From Octopus vulgaris (lineage: Eukaryota): 64,000 nt of DNA. Positions within the stretch are counted from its first letter, which is position 1; the number at the start of each line of letters is the position of its first letter. Made by a program: the position numbers and the translations under genes. Below are positions 1-13,355 of this stretch, piece by piece. The notes below the pieces were generated by a model that ran no database searches, was not told the origin of the DNA, and was given only the letters and a program-made list of their open reading frames with translations. The stretch covers positions 39,556,001-39,620,000 of the forward strand of contig OX597840.1 in the NCBI GenBank assembly GCA_951406725.2, given 5' to 3'.

Positions 1-785
1 GCCTGAAATTTTTTTTGGGTGGGGGAGGTCCAGTCGATTAGATCAACTCCAGTACGCAACTTATTCTTAATTTATCGACCTCTAAAGGATGAAAGGCAAA
101 GTGGACCTTGGCGGAATTTGAACTCAGAACACAAAGACAGGCGAAATACTGCTAAGCATTTCACCCGGTGTACGAGCGTTTCTTATTTCTTTACTATCCA
201 CAAGGGGCTAAACACAGAGAGGACAAACAAAGACAGAGAAAGCGATTAAGTTGATAACATTGACATCCAGTGCGTAACTGGTACTTAATTTATCGACCCC
301 GAAAGGATGAAAGGCAAAGTCAACATCAGCGGAATTTGATCTCAGAACGTAGCAAAGACGAAATACCTATTTCTTTATTACCCAGAAGGGGCTAAATACA
401 GAGAGTTCAAACAAGGTCCGACAAACGGATTAAGTCGATTCTATCGACTCCAGTGCGTAGCTGGTACTTATTTAATCGACCCTGAAAGGATGAAAGTCAA
501 AGTCAACCTCGGCGGAATTTGAACTCAGAACGTAACGACAGACGAAATACCTGTTTCTTTACTACCCACAAGGGCCTAAACACAGAGACGACAGACAAGG
601 CCCGACAAACGGATAACGTCGATTCTATCGACCCCAGTGCGTAACTGGTACTTATTTAATCGATCCTGAAAGAATGAAAGGCAAAGTCGGCCTCGGCGGA
701 ATTTGAACTCAGAACGTAAAGGCATACGATATACGGCTACGCATTTCACGCGGCGTACTAACGATCCTGCCAGCTCGCCGCCTTA
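1..785 (-). mobile_element. SINE-A array: three young 184-bp units plus an older terminal unit
   Basis: Unit starts at 184, 368, 552; tRNA-like head ends cagctcgccgcctta (~785); B-box GAGTTCAAATTCC on minus; unit 1-180 has a different tail (gcctgaaattt...). Confidence 0.9.
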
Positions 786-1433
786 GAATATTCTCATATC
801 ATAATAACGGATATACAGGTGAGAACAACATGCGTCTTTCTATCACAAACACTGATTGTTTTTTGTTCCCCAGGTAGAAAAGATCTCATTCCTCTTCCTG
901 AAGCTTATTTCCCTGTGTCTCACTTGATATAATTTCAATTTTTGTCTTCGTTTCTCAAATTATATTTCTTCTACTAGTATTTGCCATTTTAGAGAATGTT
1001 TTATTTTACATTCACATATTTCCCATTGCACAATTTTAATATCAAACGTTCAAATTAACCTTGATATTTACTTCGATTGAAACCTCCTTGTTCCCTTTTC
1101 TTCCTGTCTTTCACAACTTGTTTGCATATAGCCATACACACACTTACACACGTACATATGTATGTACGTAATTCGTATTCGCAATGGATTCAGTACCAGA
1201 ACAAAATAGCATTCTGTATTTAAATGGCTTCAGTGTTCTTCTTGTTATAAGCAGAAATACATCTGATGAGAATAGCATTAATTTCCTGAGTTCGCTCAAT
1301 TTCTCTCAATTGAACAATGGACCAATTGAGTTTAACCCATCAGTAATGTACCTATAACTACCACCAGAAACAGCTGTAAAGCGAATGTACTCCAGTACAG
1401 GCAAAATATATAATGATCATTATTCTTAACCTG

Positions 1434-1463
<30 letters not shown>

Positions 1464-1466
<3 letters not shown>

Positions 1467-1521
1467 TTATTTTTTTAATCTAGTTTCAGCTCACGAGCTG
1501 TGGCCATGCTGGGGTACCGCG
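1464..1521 (-). mobile_element. Short 3' retroposon tail related to SINE-C tail, A-rich end, inside (TA)n
   Basis: Minus reads gcggtaccccagcatggccacagctcgtgagctgaaactagattaaaaaaaataaaa, similar to SINE-C tail ggcggtgctccagcatggccg...actgaaac. Confidence 0.55.
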
Positions 1522-1535
1522 ATTATATATATATA

Positions 1536-1605
<70 letters not shown>

Positions 1606-1686
1606 TATAATAAATATTAGGGAATAAATCCAAACTTACAGGGAAAAATCAGATTTAGGAATGAATCCAATTTTATAGTAAAATAT

Positions 1687-1826
1687 TATATTATATTAAA
1701 TTAGAGACAAAACCACTATTAGGCAAATCATACAATGAAAAACTTAAATAATCTTATGTATTGGCATAAGTTTTTCATTGTATGATTTGCCTAATAGTTG
1801 TTTTGTCTCTAATTTAATATAATATA
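1687..1826. repeat. Inverted repeat, 60-bp arms, 20-bp spacer, in a (TA)n-flanked island
   Basis: 1687-1746 is the reverse complement of 1767-1826 with one mismatch. Confidence 0.9.
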
Positions 1827-1830
1827 TATG

Positions 1831-1891
<61 letters not shown>

Positions 1892-1897
<6 letters not shown>

Positions 1898-2120
1898 AGG
1901 TTTGGAGATGATGTACAGGTATTATATATTAGAAGAAATGAGGTACTGAGATGGTCAAAACTCCTCACACAGGAACTTAGTTTGAAAACCCCACTAGAAT
2001 GGGAGAAGGCGCTAATACATGATCTAAGTTATATGATATATAAAAAATGTAATATACAAATAAATATCTGTAAATAGAAACCATCCGATTTTCTGAGTAC
2101 CTCATTTCTTCTAATATATA
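1892..2120. mobile_element. (TA)n-flanked island with 25-bp inverted ends (Penelope-like inverted end or MITE)
   Basis: tatatattagaagaaatgaggtact (1923-1947) vs agtacctcatttcttctaatatata (2096-2120). Confidence 0.55.
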
Positions 2121-2140
2121 TATATATATATATATATGTT

Positions 2141-2175
<35 letters not shown>

Positions 2176-2645
2176 TTATATATATATGTATATATATATA
2201 TATATGGTTGCACGCCATCACGTCTTCTCGAAACCGCTGCTGAGTAATCTTCTCTCAACTCACAGAGAGATCCCAAATTTTAACTACATTTTAGATAATA
2301 CATTTAAATTACACATACAGTAAACTCGATAAATGAAATCGCTTATATCCAAGCGGATTCATGTTTCTTCCTTAAGCTCTCTATTCTATTTACACCGATA
2401 TTATAACATCTAACTTTACTGATTTCTACTTGTAACAACTCGCTCATTCATAATATATTTTGAAGATACTTTCGCATACGCAAATTCGAAGCAAGTTTGC
2501 AATCTCCTTTTTCTCTCCTTATTGTGGTGAAGAAATGTGCAAATTTTCCACTAATCTGTTTAAAATTCGTTCAAGGCATATAAATGAGACTTCCTTGCGA
2601 AACGTTATCGCAGTAATTGCGATTTGGAATGCTGAAACGTTTGGT

Positions 2646-2892
2646 ATTTATATATATATATATACACATATATATACATATATATATATATACACATATA
2701 TATACATATATATATATATATACACATATATATATACATATACTTATATATATATATATATATGTGTGTGTGCGTATTTGTATATATGTATAAATATTAT
2801 ACATTATTTATATATATATATATATATATATATCATATACATATATCATATATGTATTCACATATATATTTATATATATATATACATATATA

Positions 2893-2940
<48 letters not shown>

Positions 2941-2950
2941 CATTCATATA
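2646..2950. repeat. Compound (TA)n/(CA) microsatellite
   Basis: Directly visible. Confidence 0.95.
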
Positions 2951-3341
2951 TCGTGTACACGTATAACTGGATGGATGTATAGTTTTCAAATAAAATGAAA
3001 CGTGAGAATTGAGCTGGTACGTTTCAGTAACGATGTCCTCGTAAACCGGTTGTGTGTTTATGGATGTGGGATAGTCGCAATCAGGAAATAAAATATGAAA
3101 ATTCGATTGTTTCTTGCGCAGACCGTAAATTGTTAGATTTCAGATGTTAAAAACAAACTTAAAGAATTAGGTGAATGTTTGTGTTGCAGTCAGTGTCAGA
3201 GAAAACAGTGAATATCGATTGTGGAATTGAATCTCGATTTCTGACTAACGACATCAGATACTAGCAACAAACCGAAAGTTACCAAAACAGACAAAAAATA
3301 TAACATGAGAAAACAGTGTAGGTTAAGAACGTACAAACACA

Positions 3342-3377
<36 letters not shown>

Positions 3378-3390
3378 AACACGGATATAT

Positions 3391-3525
3391 TCTTTTATTC
3401 TTTTACGCGTTTCAGTCATTTGAAAGCGGCCATGTTGGAATACCACCTTAAGTCGAACAAATCAACGGCAGGACTTATTCCTTGTAAGTCGAATGACTTA
3501 TTCTATCGGTTACTTTTGCCGAAAC
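3391..3525 (-). mobile_element. SINE-C 3' tail fragment
   Basis: tttcagtcatttgaaagcggccatgttgg...ttattctatcggttacttttgccgaa matches 63771-64000. Confidence 0.75.
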
Positions 3526-3600
3526 GCATTCCGAACGCCTTTTTCTTACATATGTATTAAATCTGTACATCACCCCCAATACTTCTAGTATAAATATATA

Positions 3601-3691
3601 TATAAATAAATGAAAGAATGGAGTTGAACGACGATCTAACAAAGGAATTTTATTAAATCGTCGTTCAACTCCATTCTTTCATTTATTTATA
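3601..3691. repeat. Inverted repeat with perfect 35-bp arms
   Basis: 3601-3635 is the exact reverse complement of 3657-3691. Confidence 0.9.
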
Positions 3692-3835
3692 GTAAAAAAA
3701 ACACACAAATTCCCACACGAAAGCACGTGATCTCTGCCCTTGGCATGTAGCTTCAACCGTGTTTTCTGACGTGAATTTGCTACCCTGGTATCGGTTAACC
3801 AAATTATCCATACTAGGATAATTCATTCAACTACT

Positions 3836-3869
<34 letters not shown>

Positions 3870-3873
<4 letters not shown>

Positions 3874-4441
3874 TTTCAATAATAATAACAAGGGCAAAAT
3901 TAATTAATTAATTAGTAGTTAATCATTTTACCAAGCAGTGTTCGGTATGTAAAAGGACCATTTACGGTAAATTTAAGCATTATTTTATATAATTAGGGTT
4001 CAGCAAAAAAATTTTGCTTCACCACAAACCGAACTTTTAGAAATGGCAGCCAAAAAATTTAGCTATTTCTTCTACCTTTAAGAGGAGTCTCCCAGATAAT
4101 GTATACGCAAAAAACATTTCACACCGGTATAGAGGGAAAAATAACGAAAGTTCACTCGAAAGATTGATCACTTGGGAACTATGAAATCAGATGGGTAAGT
4201 TCGATCTTTAGTGCTCTCAAATTTAAATTTAATGAGATCTAGTGCTGATGAAAGGGTTGTTGGAATAGGGTTGCATTTCTAGCATCTCTATATCCAGTTA
4301 TTCAGTTAACACGGCATCTGAAACTCAGAGTTTTATCTTGACTATTGTATAATGGTAACATATTAATTTACAGATAAATTTCCTCCATTTACATAATATT
4401 GAGGTCTCTTTCTTTCTTTTGTTATCTCACCGTTTTTACCA
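3870..4441 (+). mobile_element. (TA)n-flanked Penelope-like fragment with hammerhead-like motif
   Basis: (TA)n on both sides; CTGATGA at 4245, GAAACTCAGAGTT at 4320; T-rich 3' end. Confidence 0.4.
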
Positions 4442-4457
4442 ATATATATATATATAT

Positions 4458-4536
4458 CGTTCCACGTCCTGCGTTGCTGTGTTTTTTTCTCCTTTTTTTC
4501 TCTTTTTTTCTGTGTTTTCTTGTTTGGATTAACTTT
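4458..4536 (+). mobile_element. 3' end of the Penelope-like family seen at 39400-39618
   Basis: gttccacgtcctgcgttgctgtg...tgtttggattaact(TA)n matches 39561-39616. Confidence 0.7.
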
Positions 4537-4554
4537 ATATATATATATATATAT

Positions 4555-4556
4555 TA

Positions 4557-4610
<54 letters not shown>

Positions 4611-4808
4611 CATTATTATTTTTATTATGATTATTATCATCATAATCATAATCATCATCATCATCATCAATATCATTATCATCATGTTACTAATACTATC
4701 ATTATTATAATATTTTAATTCCATTATTGTTATTATTATTGTTGTTGTGGGTTTTGTTTCGGTTTTTCTTTTTATTGTTGTTGTTGTTGTTGCTGTTGTT
4801 GTTATTGT
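4555..4808. repeat. (ATT)n/(ATC)n/(GTT)n trinucleotide tract
   Basis: Directly visible. Confidence 0.95.
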
Positions 4809-5065
4809 GAGTTTTTCCAACTTCAGTAGATTCGAGAACGGAAATGAGAACATCACTATTTAACAGCATCCCTGTCACTGCTTCCGACGAAACTACTGAA
4901 AAATATATTCCTTTATTTAGTTATTTCTGGAATAAAATCTGCGAATGAGGAGACAATACAAAATAAATAACGAATATAATAATTCATATTTTTGCTTGTA
5001 TTTCTCTCCTTTTCACGCAGAAGCATTTATACATACATACATACATACATACATACATACATACA

Positions 5066-5101
<36 letters not shown>

Positions 5102-5179
5102 TAAACACACGTATGCATACATATATAAACACACACACACGCAAACACTGACGCACACACACGTATACATGTATCTTTG

Positions 5180-5590
5180 TTTTTTATCTTTTACTTGTTT
5201 CAGTTATTAGACTGCGGCCATACTGCAGCACCGCCTTCAACATATTTTGTCGAATCAATCTACCGCAGTACTTGATATTTAAAGTCTTAAACTTTAGTTA
5301 CGGGGACGGAAACATACCAGCATCGGTTTGACAAGCAGTAGTGGTGAAGAATGTCAAACGCAAACACACACACACACTCACACATTCACACCACATACAC
5401 ACACATACCTTCTCACATATATACATATCTATTTGTAGGGCTTCTTGCTGTTTCCGCCCAGCAAATAAACACACAGGGCTTTGGTCGAGTCGAGGTTATA
5501 GAAGATGAGACTTGAGCAAGGTACCAGACAGTCGCACGAAACGCGGAACCATGTGGCTAGGAAGCAGTACTTTTACCACACAGCCACCTC
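5180..5590 (-). mobile_element. Decayed near-full SINE-C with internal (CA)n
   Basis: Tail ttttacttgtttcagttattagactgcggccat; head end ttaccacacagccacc. Confidence 0.75.
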
Positions 5591-5876
5591 CATCCATTAT
5601 AGTCTCATCGTGAATCATATTTATTTCCTGTTTGAAAGTTCAATTCCTCAAATGGATAATGTCTTTCATATTTGTTTTTCACTGTGTGTCATGTTTGGAC
5701 CCCTGTTCGTCGACTTGCCAATTCCCGGTAGCTTCTTGCTATCGGCGCCTCCAGTGGGATTAATATTATCGTTGAAGGCGAGAAATTGCATTTGACTCTC
5801 TGGGTGATAAGTGGTGAGGGTTCGGTGATCTTCCGTGTCTGTTTTCCGTTTGTTTGTGCATTATGTTTTGTACCTA

Positions 5877-5940
<64 letters not shown>

Positions 5941-6131
5941 AATCAATGACAAGCAGTACAGCATTTTGTTTCCAAATTTCTGGCAAAGTGAATCGCGTCA
6001 TGATGCCGTTTTTATTTCAGGCGGCGTCCAATTGACACTACTATACTGAGTAGTCGACAAAATGAAAAAGAAACAACACGCATGCGCGAAATGAAAATCA
6101 TAAAATGGCGACGATTTACCCATCGCACTCT

Positions 6132-6192
<61 letters not shown>

Positions 6193-6198
6193 GAGAGA

Positions 6199-6432
6199 GT
6201 TAACGATTCTGCCAGCTCGTCCCCTATTGCCACGCTGAATATTTTGGTTTTAAACTTTGGCACAAGGCAAGACAATTCAGGGGAGACGTTGTAAGAAAAT
6301 TACAAATGACCCATGTGCTCAACGCGTCCTTATTCCATCGCCCGAAAGGATAAAAAGCAAAACCGACCTCGGCGGAATATGAACTCAGAACGCAAACACG
6401 GATGATATTCCGCTACGGATTTTGCCCGGCCT
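6199..6432 (-). mobile_element. Old SINE-A fragments
   Basis: aacgattctgccagctcg head piece; cccgaaaggataaaaagcaaaaccgacctcggcggaatatgaactcagaacg body. Confidence 0.75.
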
Positions 6433-6991
6433 GCTTATTAACGATAAATCTATGGAAGATCTCCGAGTACTTTTGATCTTTAAAATGTCAAATCTCTCGA
6501 AGAAACATGCAGTAAATAAGAGCACTGGTTCCCTCGGCATATTCACCTCAATGTTAGTTGGTTTTCATTAATGGCACAGTGGTCAATTGGCCTATGGCCT
6601 GCGGCTGTAAATTATATCACTGTTGGCCTTCCATAAGGGAATATTATGACTTAACCGGTTCAATGGGATTGGATTCGTGGATCGTTGTAGATTTTAAAGA
6701 GATATTGCTCGCAACTTAATATCCGCTGATCTATGGCTAAATACTGGATTATTGGATATCAGGTTTCATATGATACACATACATAAATACAAACATACAT
6801 ACATATATACATACATACATACATACATATATACATACATGCATATATATACACACACACACATATATATATAAATACATACATATATATATATATGTAT
6901 GTATATGTGTATACATATACATATAAACATACACTCACATACGTGTGTGTGCGCGTATGTATATTTGTGTAGATCAATAAAGCGTTCGTAT

Positions 6992-7022
<31 letters not shown>

Positions 7023-7173
7023 CATACATATTTATATATATATGTGTGTGTGTGTATGTATGTCTATATATATTCAATTATGTATGATTTATTTTACGCA
7101 TATATCTATGCACCTGTGATTTATTTATACATATATGCGTGTGTATCTGTGTGTATGTAATATACTGTATGCA

Positions 7174-7221
<48 letters not shown>

Positions 7222-7362
7222 AATATATTTACACACACATATGGATGTATACAGAGCTAAATTGATAATGGTAGATATATCTGAGTGTGTGCTTGTGTAT
7301 ATGTGTGTTTGTTTGAGCGTGATAGTGGATGTGTATTTGCATATATACTTATGCATATATAA

Positions 7363-7410
<48 letters not shown>

Positions 7411-7844
7411 GCGCACGCGAGTTTAAGACCGGAGGTTATCTTCTGCTCAAGTGATTTCATCGGTCTTTCTTCTTTTGATTCAGTTTTACTGATTTTCAAT
7501 TCGCAAAGTGAAAGTTTCCCCATCATCACGTAGTTAAAACTTAATCTCGCCAGGTGAATGACAGGGGGCATTGATAGTGTATACAGCATATCTATACCTC
7601 TATCTCTATCTCTATCTATATCTATATCTATATCTATATGGACATGAAGTATTTATATGTGCGTGTATGTGTATGGATAAATGTATGTATGAATATTTAT
7701 GTGTGTTCGTCCAAAGCCTTGTATATGTCGGTGTAAATGAGTTTGTACTTGCTTTGAAAAATCCTGTGATAAATTGTTGTTCTTATTTACGTCCAATCAG
7801 CACAGATTATTTCAGTAGATTTTATCCCTTGCTTCCTTCGGTTA

Positions 7845-8095
7845 TCGGACCGCGGCCATGCTGGAGCACTGCCTGCAAGGGTTTAGTCGAGAAATAGAAC
7901 ACACAAACAAAACGACCCCAGTACACAGTTTTCGGTCAGATATTTATACTATCGGCCTCATTGGCTGATCAGCTTGATATCCTTGCTTCAGTCATTTTTG
8001 ACCTCGGCCAGGCTGGGGCACCACCTTGAAGAGTTTTTGTCGAACAAATGAACCGCCCGGGAATTATATTTCAAATTCCGGTACTTCAGCCGCAC
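7845..8095 (-). mobile_element. Two decayed SINE-C tails
   Basis: cgcggccatgctggagcac...tttagtcga and cggccaggctggggcaccacc...gtcgaacaaat. Confidence 0.6.
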
Positions 8096-8195
8096 TTATA
8101 TGGGAACAAAAACAAAACACAAGCCAATTTCGGGCTTCATGGGATAATGGGGGATAATCACTAATACATGCTTAAATATACGTATACATAGGTTA

Positions 8196-9407
8196 GCAGA
8201 ACTTAAACACAGACAAAATACCGCTAAGTGTTTTGTCCAGGGTAGTGACCATTCTGCTGTTCAATTTGGATTTATTTTATCGAGTCCGTAAGGACGAAAG
8301 ACAAAACTGACCTCGGTGGAATTCGAACTCAGAACGTAAAGACGGAGAAAATACCGGTAAGCATTTCGCCCGTCATGCAAACGATTCTGCCAGCTTGTCG
8401 CATGTTTTTAAAAGATATAAGTAATCCTTTTTACTATAGTCCCAAGGCCTGAAACTTCGGGGGAGGTGGATGAGTCGATTACATCGACCCCAGTGATTTA
8501 CTGGTACTTATTTCATAATTGCAGGAAGGAAGAAAGGCAAAGTCGACCTCGGCAGAATTATACTCAGTACATAAGGCCGGACGAAATGCAGCTAAGCATT
8601 ACTTTCGGCGTGATAACGATTCTCCCAGCTCACCGTCTTCTATTCATAAACATAATTAATCCGTTCCACTAAAGGCACAAGGCTTGAAATTTTCAGGTAG
8701 GGAACTAGTCGATTACATCGATCCAAGTGTTTTACTGCTCCTTAACTTATCGACCTCGATAGGACGAAAGGCAAAATTGACCGCACAGCAGTAGAATTTG
8801 AACTACCTATTTCTTTACTACCCACAAGGGGCTAAACACAGAGAGGACAAACAAGGACAGACAAACAGATTAAGTCGATTATATCGACCCCAGTGCGTAA
8901 CTGGTACTTATTTAATCGATCCCGAAAGGATGAAAGGCAAAGTCGACCTCGGCGGAATTTGAACTCAGAACGTAGCGGCAGACAAAATACCTATTTCTTT
9001 ACTACCCACAAGGGGCTAAACACAGAGAGACAAACAAGGACAGACAAATGGATTAAGTCGATTATATCGACCCCAGTGCGTAACTGGTACTTATCTAATC
9101 GACCCCGAAAGGATGAAAGGCAAAGTCGACCTCGGCGGAATTTGAACTCAGAACGTAGCGGCAGACAAAATACCTATTTCTTTACTACCCACAAAGGGCT
9201 AAACACAGAGAGGACAAACAAGGACAGACAAATGGATTAAGTCGATTATATCGACCCCAGTGCGTAACTGGTACTTATCTAATCGACCCGAAAAGATGGA
9301 AGGCAAAGTCGACTTCGGTACAATTTGAACTCAGAACGTAACGCCAGACGAAATACCGCCAAGCATTTCGTCCGGCGTACTAACCATTCTGCTAGATCGC
9401 CGCCTTA
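8196..9407 (-). mobile_element. SINE-A cluster: several old copies plus a young trimer
   Basis: Young starts 8808, 8992, 9175; head ends 9407; tcataaacataatta (8644-8658) and tcataaatataatta (9411-9425) flank the last old copy plus trimer. Confidence 0.9.
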
Positions 9408-9542
9408 ATGTCATAAATATAATTACTGACAGGTAATTAGGCGCTTGGTGTGTGTGTGTGTGCGCCTGCCCACGTGTGTCCGCGCGTGCCCAAAATGGCT
9501 GCTTCTATAGATGTTATCGTGGGTTGAGTTTATGTACATTAC

Positions 9543-9563
9543 TTCGCCGAAGATTGCCCCCTG
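9543..9563 (-). CDS. Candidate 21-nt micro-exon (QGAIFGE)
   Basis: Minus: tctgttttcttatctgtatttgatatttcattacag|CAGGGGGCAATCTTCGGCGAA|gtaatg; GxxFGE resembles a cyclic-nucleotide-binding motif. Could be chance. Confidence 0.25.
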
Positions 9564-9864
9564 CTGTAATGAAATATCAAATACAGATAAGAAAACAGAT
9601 ATTCGCTTCACTATAATATTTACGTAGGTGTTTCTGTCTCTTTTTGTCTGAGATGATATAATGGAGACGATGTGTGTGGAGGACGGCACTTTCGTATAAT
9701 AATATAATTAAATAAGACGGAGTAGTTAAGAAATCAATCTATCGCAGACGAATTCTTCACAATGATATCAAAGGATTCCTCCGGCGTCTAATAATGTGCC
9801 AATGATGCTTTTAAACAAGGTGAAAATCTTAGAAAATTAGACCTGACCTTTTGGATTATGTACA

Positions 9865-10157
9865 TAAACACACACACACAAACACACACACACACACACA
9901 CAAACACACACTCGCACACACACATACACACATGCACACGCACGTACACTCACACACACGTATGTATATGTTGTTTATATGTGTGAGTTTGTATGTATAT
10001 ACATATAATATATATATGTATATATCTGTGTGTACATATATGCGCATGGATGTGCATGTATATGTGTGTGTGTGCGTATGTATGTATAGTATACACGCAC
10101 ATATTCGAACAAACGTACGTACGCATACATATACATACGGACACATATGTAACAAGC

Positions 10158-10200
<43 letters not shown>

Positions 10201-10295
10201 TTATATAAACATACATATATATGTATATATATATATATATACATACATATACATGTATATATATACATACATAAGTCTATATCTATCTATATAAA

Positions 10296-10327
<32 letters not shown>

Positions 10328-10391
10328 TAATATATTATATGTATGTATATATAAATACGTATATATACATATATACACAAACACGCACACA

Positions 10392-10463
<72 letters not shown>

Positions 10464-10515
10464 ACTATATATATTGTATGTATGTCTGTATGTATGAATG
10501 TGTGTGTGTGTATAT
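9865..10515. repeat. Compound (CA)/(TA)/(TG) microsatellite
   Basis: Directly visible. Confidence 0.95.
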
Positions 10516-10989
10516 ACTTTTAGAGAAGTAGTGTTGTTTAGGAAATTGTCTAGAGTATAACCGAACTTTTCAGCTTATTTTTCTTTTTCGTGTTTGATAT
10601 TTCATCATTCTCGTCCGTTTTCTTCTTAGTTTTCTTTTTCTTTTTCTTCTTCTTCTTCTTCTCCTCCTCCTTCTCTTCCCCTTGTCGTCGTTATTCTTGT
10701 TGTTATTGCTACCGCCAGGGTCGTCACTGATTGAGAAGAACCATAACGAACTTCTTTCTAACCATTAGTGTTGTCTCTCAGATCGTTTCTGAATCATCTC
10801 TCAGTTCTGCATCTCTTTAATTCTTATTCAACTCATCGAGGACCCTCATGGACTTTCGATGTCCAAAACTTCCTTTAAAATATTCTATGGTTAAACATTA
10901 TAAAGGATTGTATAAAAAATTGTTAAAATATTTTCTAAATTTTGGAAGTATAATTAATTTATTTCTCATAAATATTAACAGCAAAATAT

Positions 10990-11188
10990 TATATGGCCCA
11001 CCATGGGCAATATGGACCACGAATATAAATATGGACCTCGAAGAAAATTATGGAGCGCCAAGGGCAATATAAACCTCCAGGGGCATTATAGTACTCCAAG
11101 TGTAATGTAGACCTCTAAGGGCAATATGGGCCACCAAGTGCAATATGAGCCCCAAGGGCAATATGAATCCTCTAGGACAATATAGGCA
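10990..11188. repeat. Degenerate ~19-bp minisatellite (caagggcaatatggacctc-like), about 10 copies
   Basis: Units such as caagggcaatataaacctc, taagggcaatatgggccac, caagtgcaatatgagccc. Confidence 0.8.
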
Positions 11189-12789
11189 TTATCCAATATG
11201 TCTTGCTCAAAACTTCTGATGCTATTTCAAGTAAATTTGGCTGTTTTGTCTAGTATGACAACCAGCCATGTAGTGGCTCTTTTGTTCGAAGCGGTTCATA
11301 AAGAATCCTTATAGTATGTAAGAGTTCCTGCTTTTTTCTTTCGTTAATTTATTGACAAGTGACCTCGACGTTTCAGCATAGCCGGTTTATGAAATAATTG
11401 TCTAATTAATGTGGTGTAGCCATGATTAACACCATTTTTTTTTTCGCCTCTACCAAGTCTGGCCCTGTGTGTACAGGACGATTTTCTCCTTTGCATAGAT
11501 GCAGATTTATTGATGACAGGGTATTACAAGCTTCGAAACTTAGATCTTTCCTCAACGGAAAAAAGCAGCAGCCATTGAGCATTTTCAGCAACCAGCCTCA
11601 ATAGCACATTATTAGCATTGAATTCGTTTATCATGTACATGTTCCGGTTTTCCTTCATTCAAAATATACCCATTTCTGTTGAACACCACTTCTCTTTTAG
11701 ATGATCTTCGCCAGATCTCCTTGTGCCATTCAGTTGATATTGAGGACTTTAGTTGCCTGACAATATATCCCTGAAGTCTTTCTTCGGTTATTCTATTATT
11801 TTCTTTATTGTTTTCTATCTATTAATATTGAAAAGACAGTATTTATCTATGGTAGGCGGTTTTTAGCCATTCCGACGTGCTGGATTACTTCCGCTACCCA
11901 CCTTTTACAATATATTATAATTTTTGTGGTTTCTTAGACAGAGTAGTAGTTAGATATACTGAATGCAGGGAATTAAGTAAAATGGAGAACAATATTTCAT
12001 GTTTTAAATATAAAGGGATAAATGAATGTTAGCTTAGTAGCACAATTCCTAAAACGTAATTGTAAATTTTTATCGTGCAAGTCTGAAAGTCAAAGTCGAC
12101 CTCAGCGTGGTTTAATCTTAGGTTACGAAATACGAGAGAAACCTATGTAATTGTAAGACATTTTTTTCAGACGCTTTAAAGTGTTTCTTCCAGAAGAGGT
12201 ACATTTCATTAATATTCAATTTCTCATTTCTCGTTTTTTTTCTTCTGTTTATTATAGAATTGATCTGTGACTACAACGTTGGTACGTTCTTACAGCAACG
12301 AAAGCCGAATATATAGAAAATATAAAACAAGACAAAAGCAAGATTTGAAATTGCTTAAGATGTAGACACTGTGTCAGGCACCATTGGATATGACGTAAAT
12401 TATTGATCTCTTGATATTTTTTACTGAACAGTCTAACTACTGATTTTATCGACTCCGTCAGTTGCGAATAATCAAAGGGCAGTACAGCAGTGAATGTAAT
12501 GGCGACCAGCGAATGATGGCTATCGATTGCAAATATTTCCACGGAACATTGACGTAAACCATGCGATAAGGAACTGACCTAAAAAAAAATCCACAAAAAA
12601 AGAGAGAGAAAAAAGAATCTCGAGTTAATTTGGATATTACATAGGAAGTATTTCTTTAGAAGAACTCTATAATCATGTGATAGTGAGTTTCATTAGAAAG
12701 CTCAATGACTCATAAAACGGTTTATAAAAAAATGAAGGAGAAACGAAAATTTTGTACAACACTAAAAGACATACTTAGTCACACAAAGA

Positions 12790-12850
12790 CACATATATAT
12801 GTAATATAGATATATATATATATGAGTGTGTATGTGTGTGTGTATGTATC

Positions 12851-12883
<33 letters not shown>

Positions 12884-12926
12884 ATTTGTATTTGTATATG
12901 TATGTATATCTTAATATAGAAATATG

Positions 12927-12959
<33 letters not shown>

Positions 12960-13355
12960 GTCTGTGTGTGTGTTTGTATTTGTATATGTATGTATATCTT
13001 AATATAGAAATATGTATGTATATATATTAATATAGAAATATGTATATATATATATATATGTGTGTCTGTGTGTGTGTTAGTGTGTGTATGTATATATATA
13101 TGTGTGTGTGTGCGGGTCTCTATGTGTGTGTGTGTTGTGTGTATTTGTATTTGTATATATATGTATATCTTAATATAGAAATATGTATATATATATATAT
13201 ATATGTCTGTGTGTGTGTATATGTATATGTGTGTGTGTCTGCGGGTCTCTATGTGTGTGTGTGTGTATATGTATATGTGTGTGTGTGTCTGCGGGTCTCT
13301 ATGTGTGTGAGAATATACATGTATGTGTGTGTGTGCGTGTGTGCGTGTGTGCTTG
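12790..13355. repeat. Microsatellite with higher-order duplicated blocks
   Basis: tatatcttaatatagaaatatgtat x3 plus one variant; gcgggtctctatgtgtgtg x3. Confidence 0.85.

Noticed and set aside
819-873. Plus-strand mini-intron GTGAGA...CCCCAG
   Set aside because: Upstream flank runs into a SINE and there is no credible exon ORF.
4800-4896. Minus exon VSSEAVTGMLLNSDVLISVLESTE
   Set aside because: Acceptor plausible but no good donor; runs into microsatellite.
8808-8991. Hammerhead ribozyme within the 184-bp unit
   Set aside because: No CUGANGA...GAAA core with helices found by eye on either strand; other ribozyme classes are not excluded.
8808-9407. SINE-A arrays as a CRISPR array or coding repeat
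   Set aside because: No unique spacers or cas genes; eukaryotic context; Pol III boxes and TSDs identify a SINE; the RNWYL...RQSRPRRNLNSE peptides are antisense read-through.
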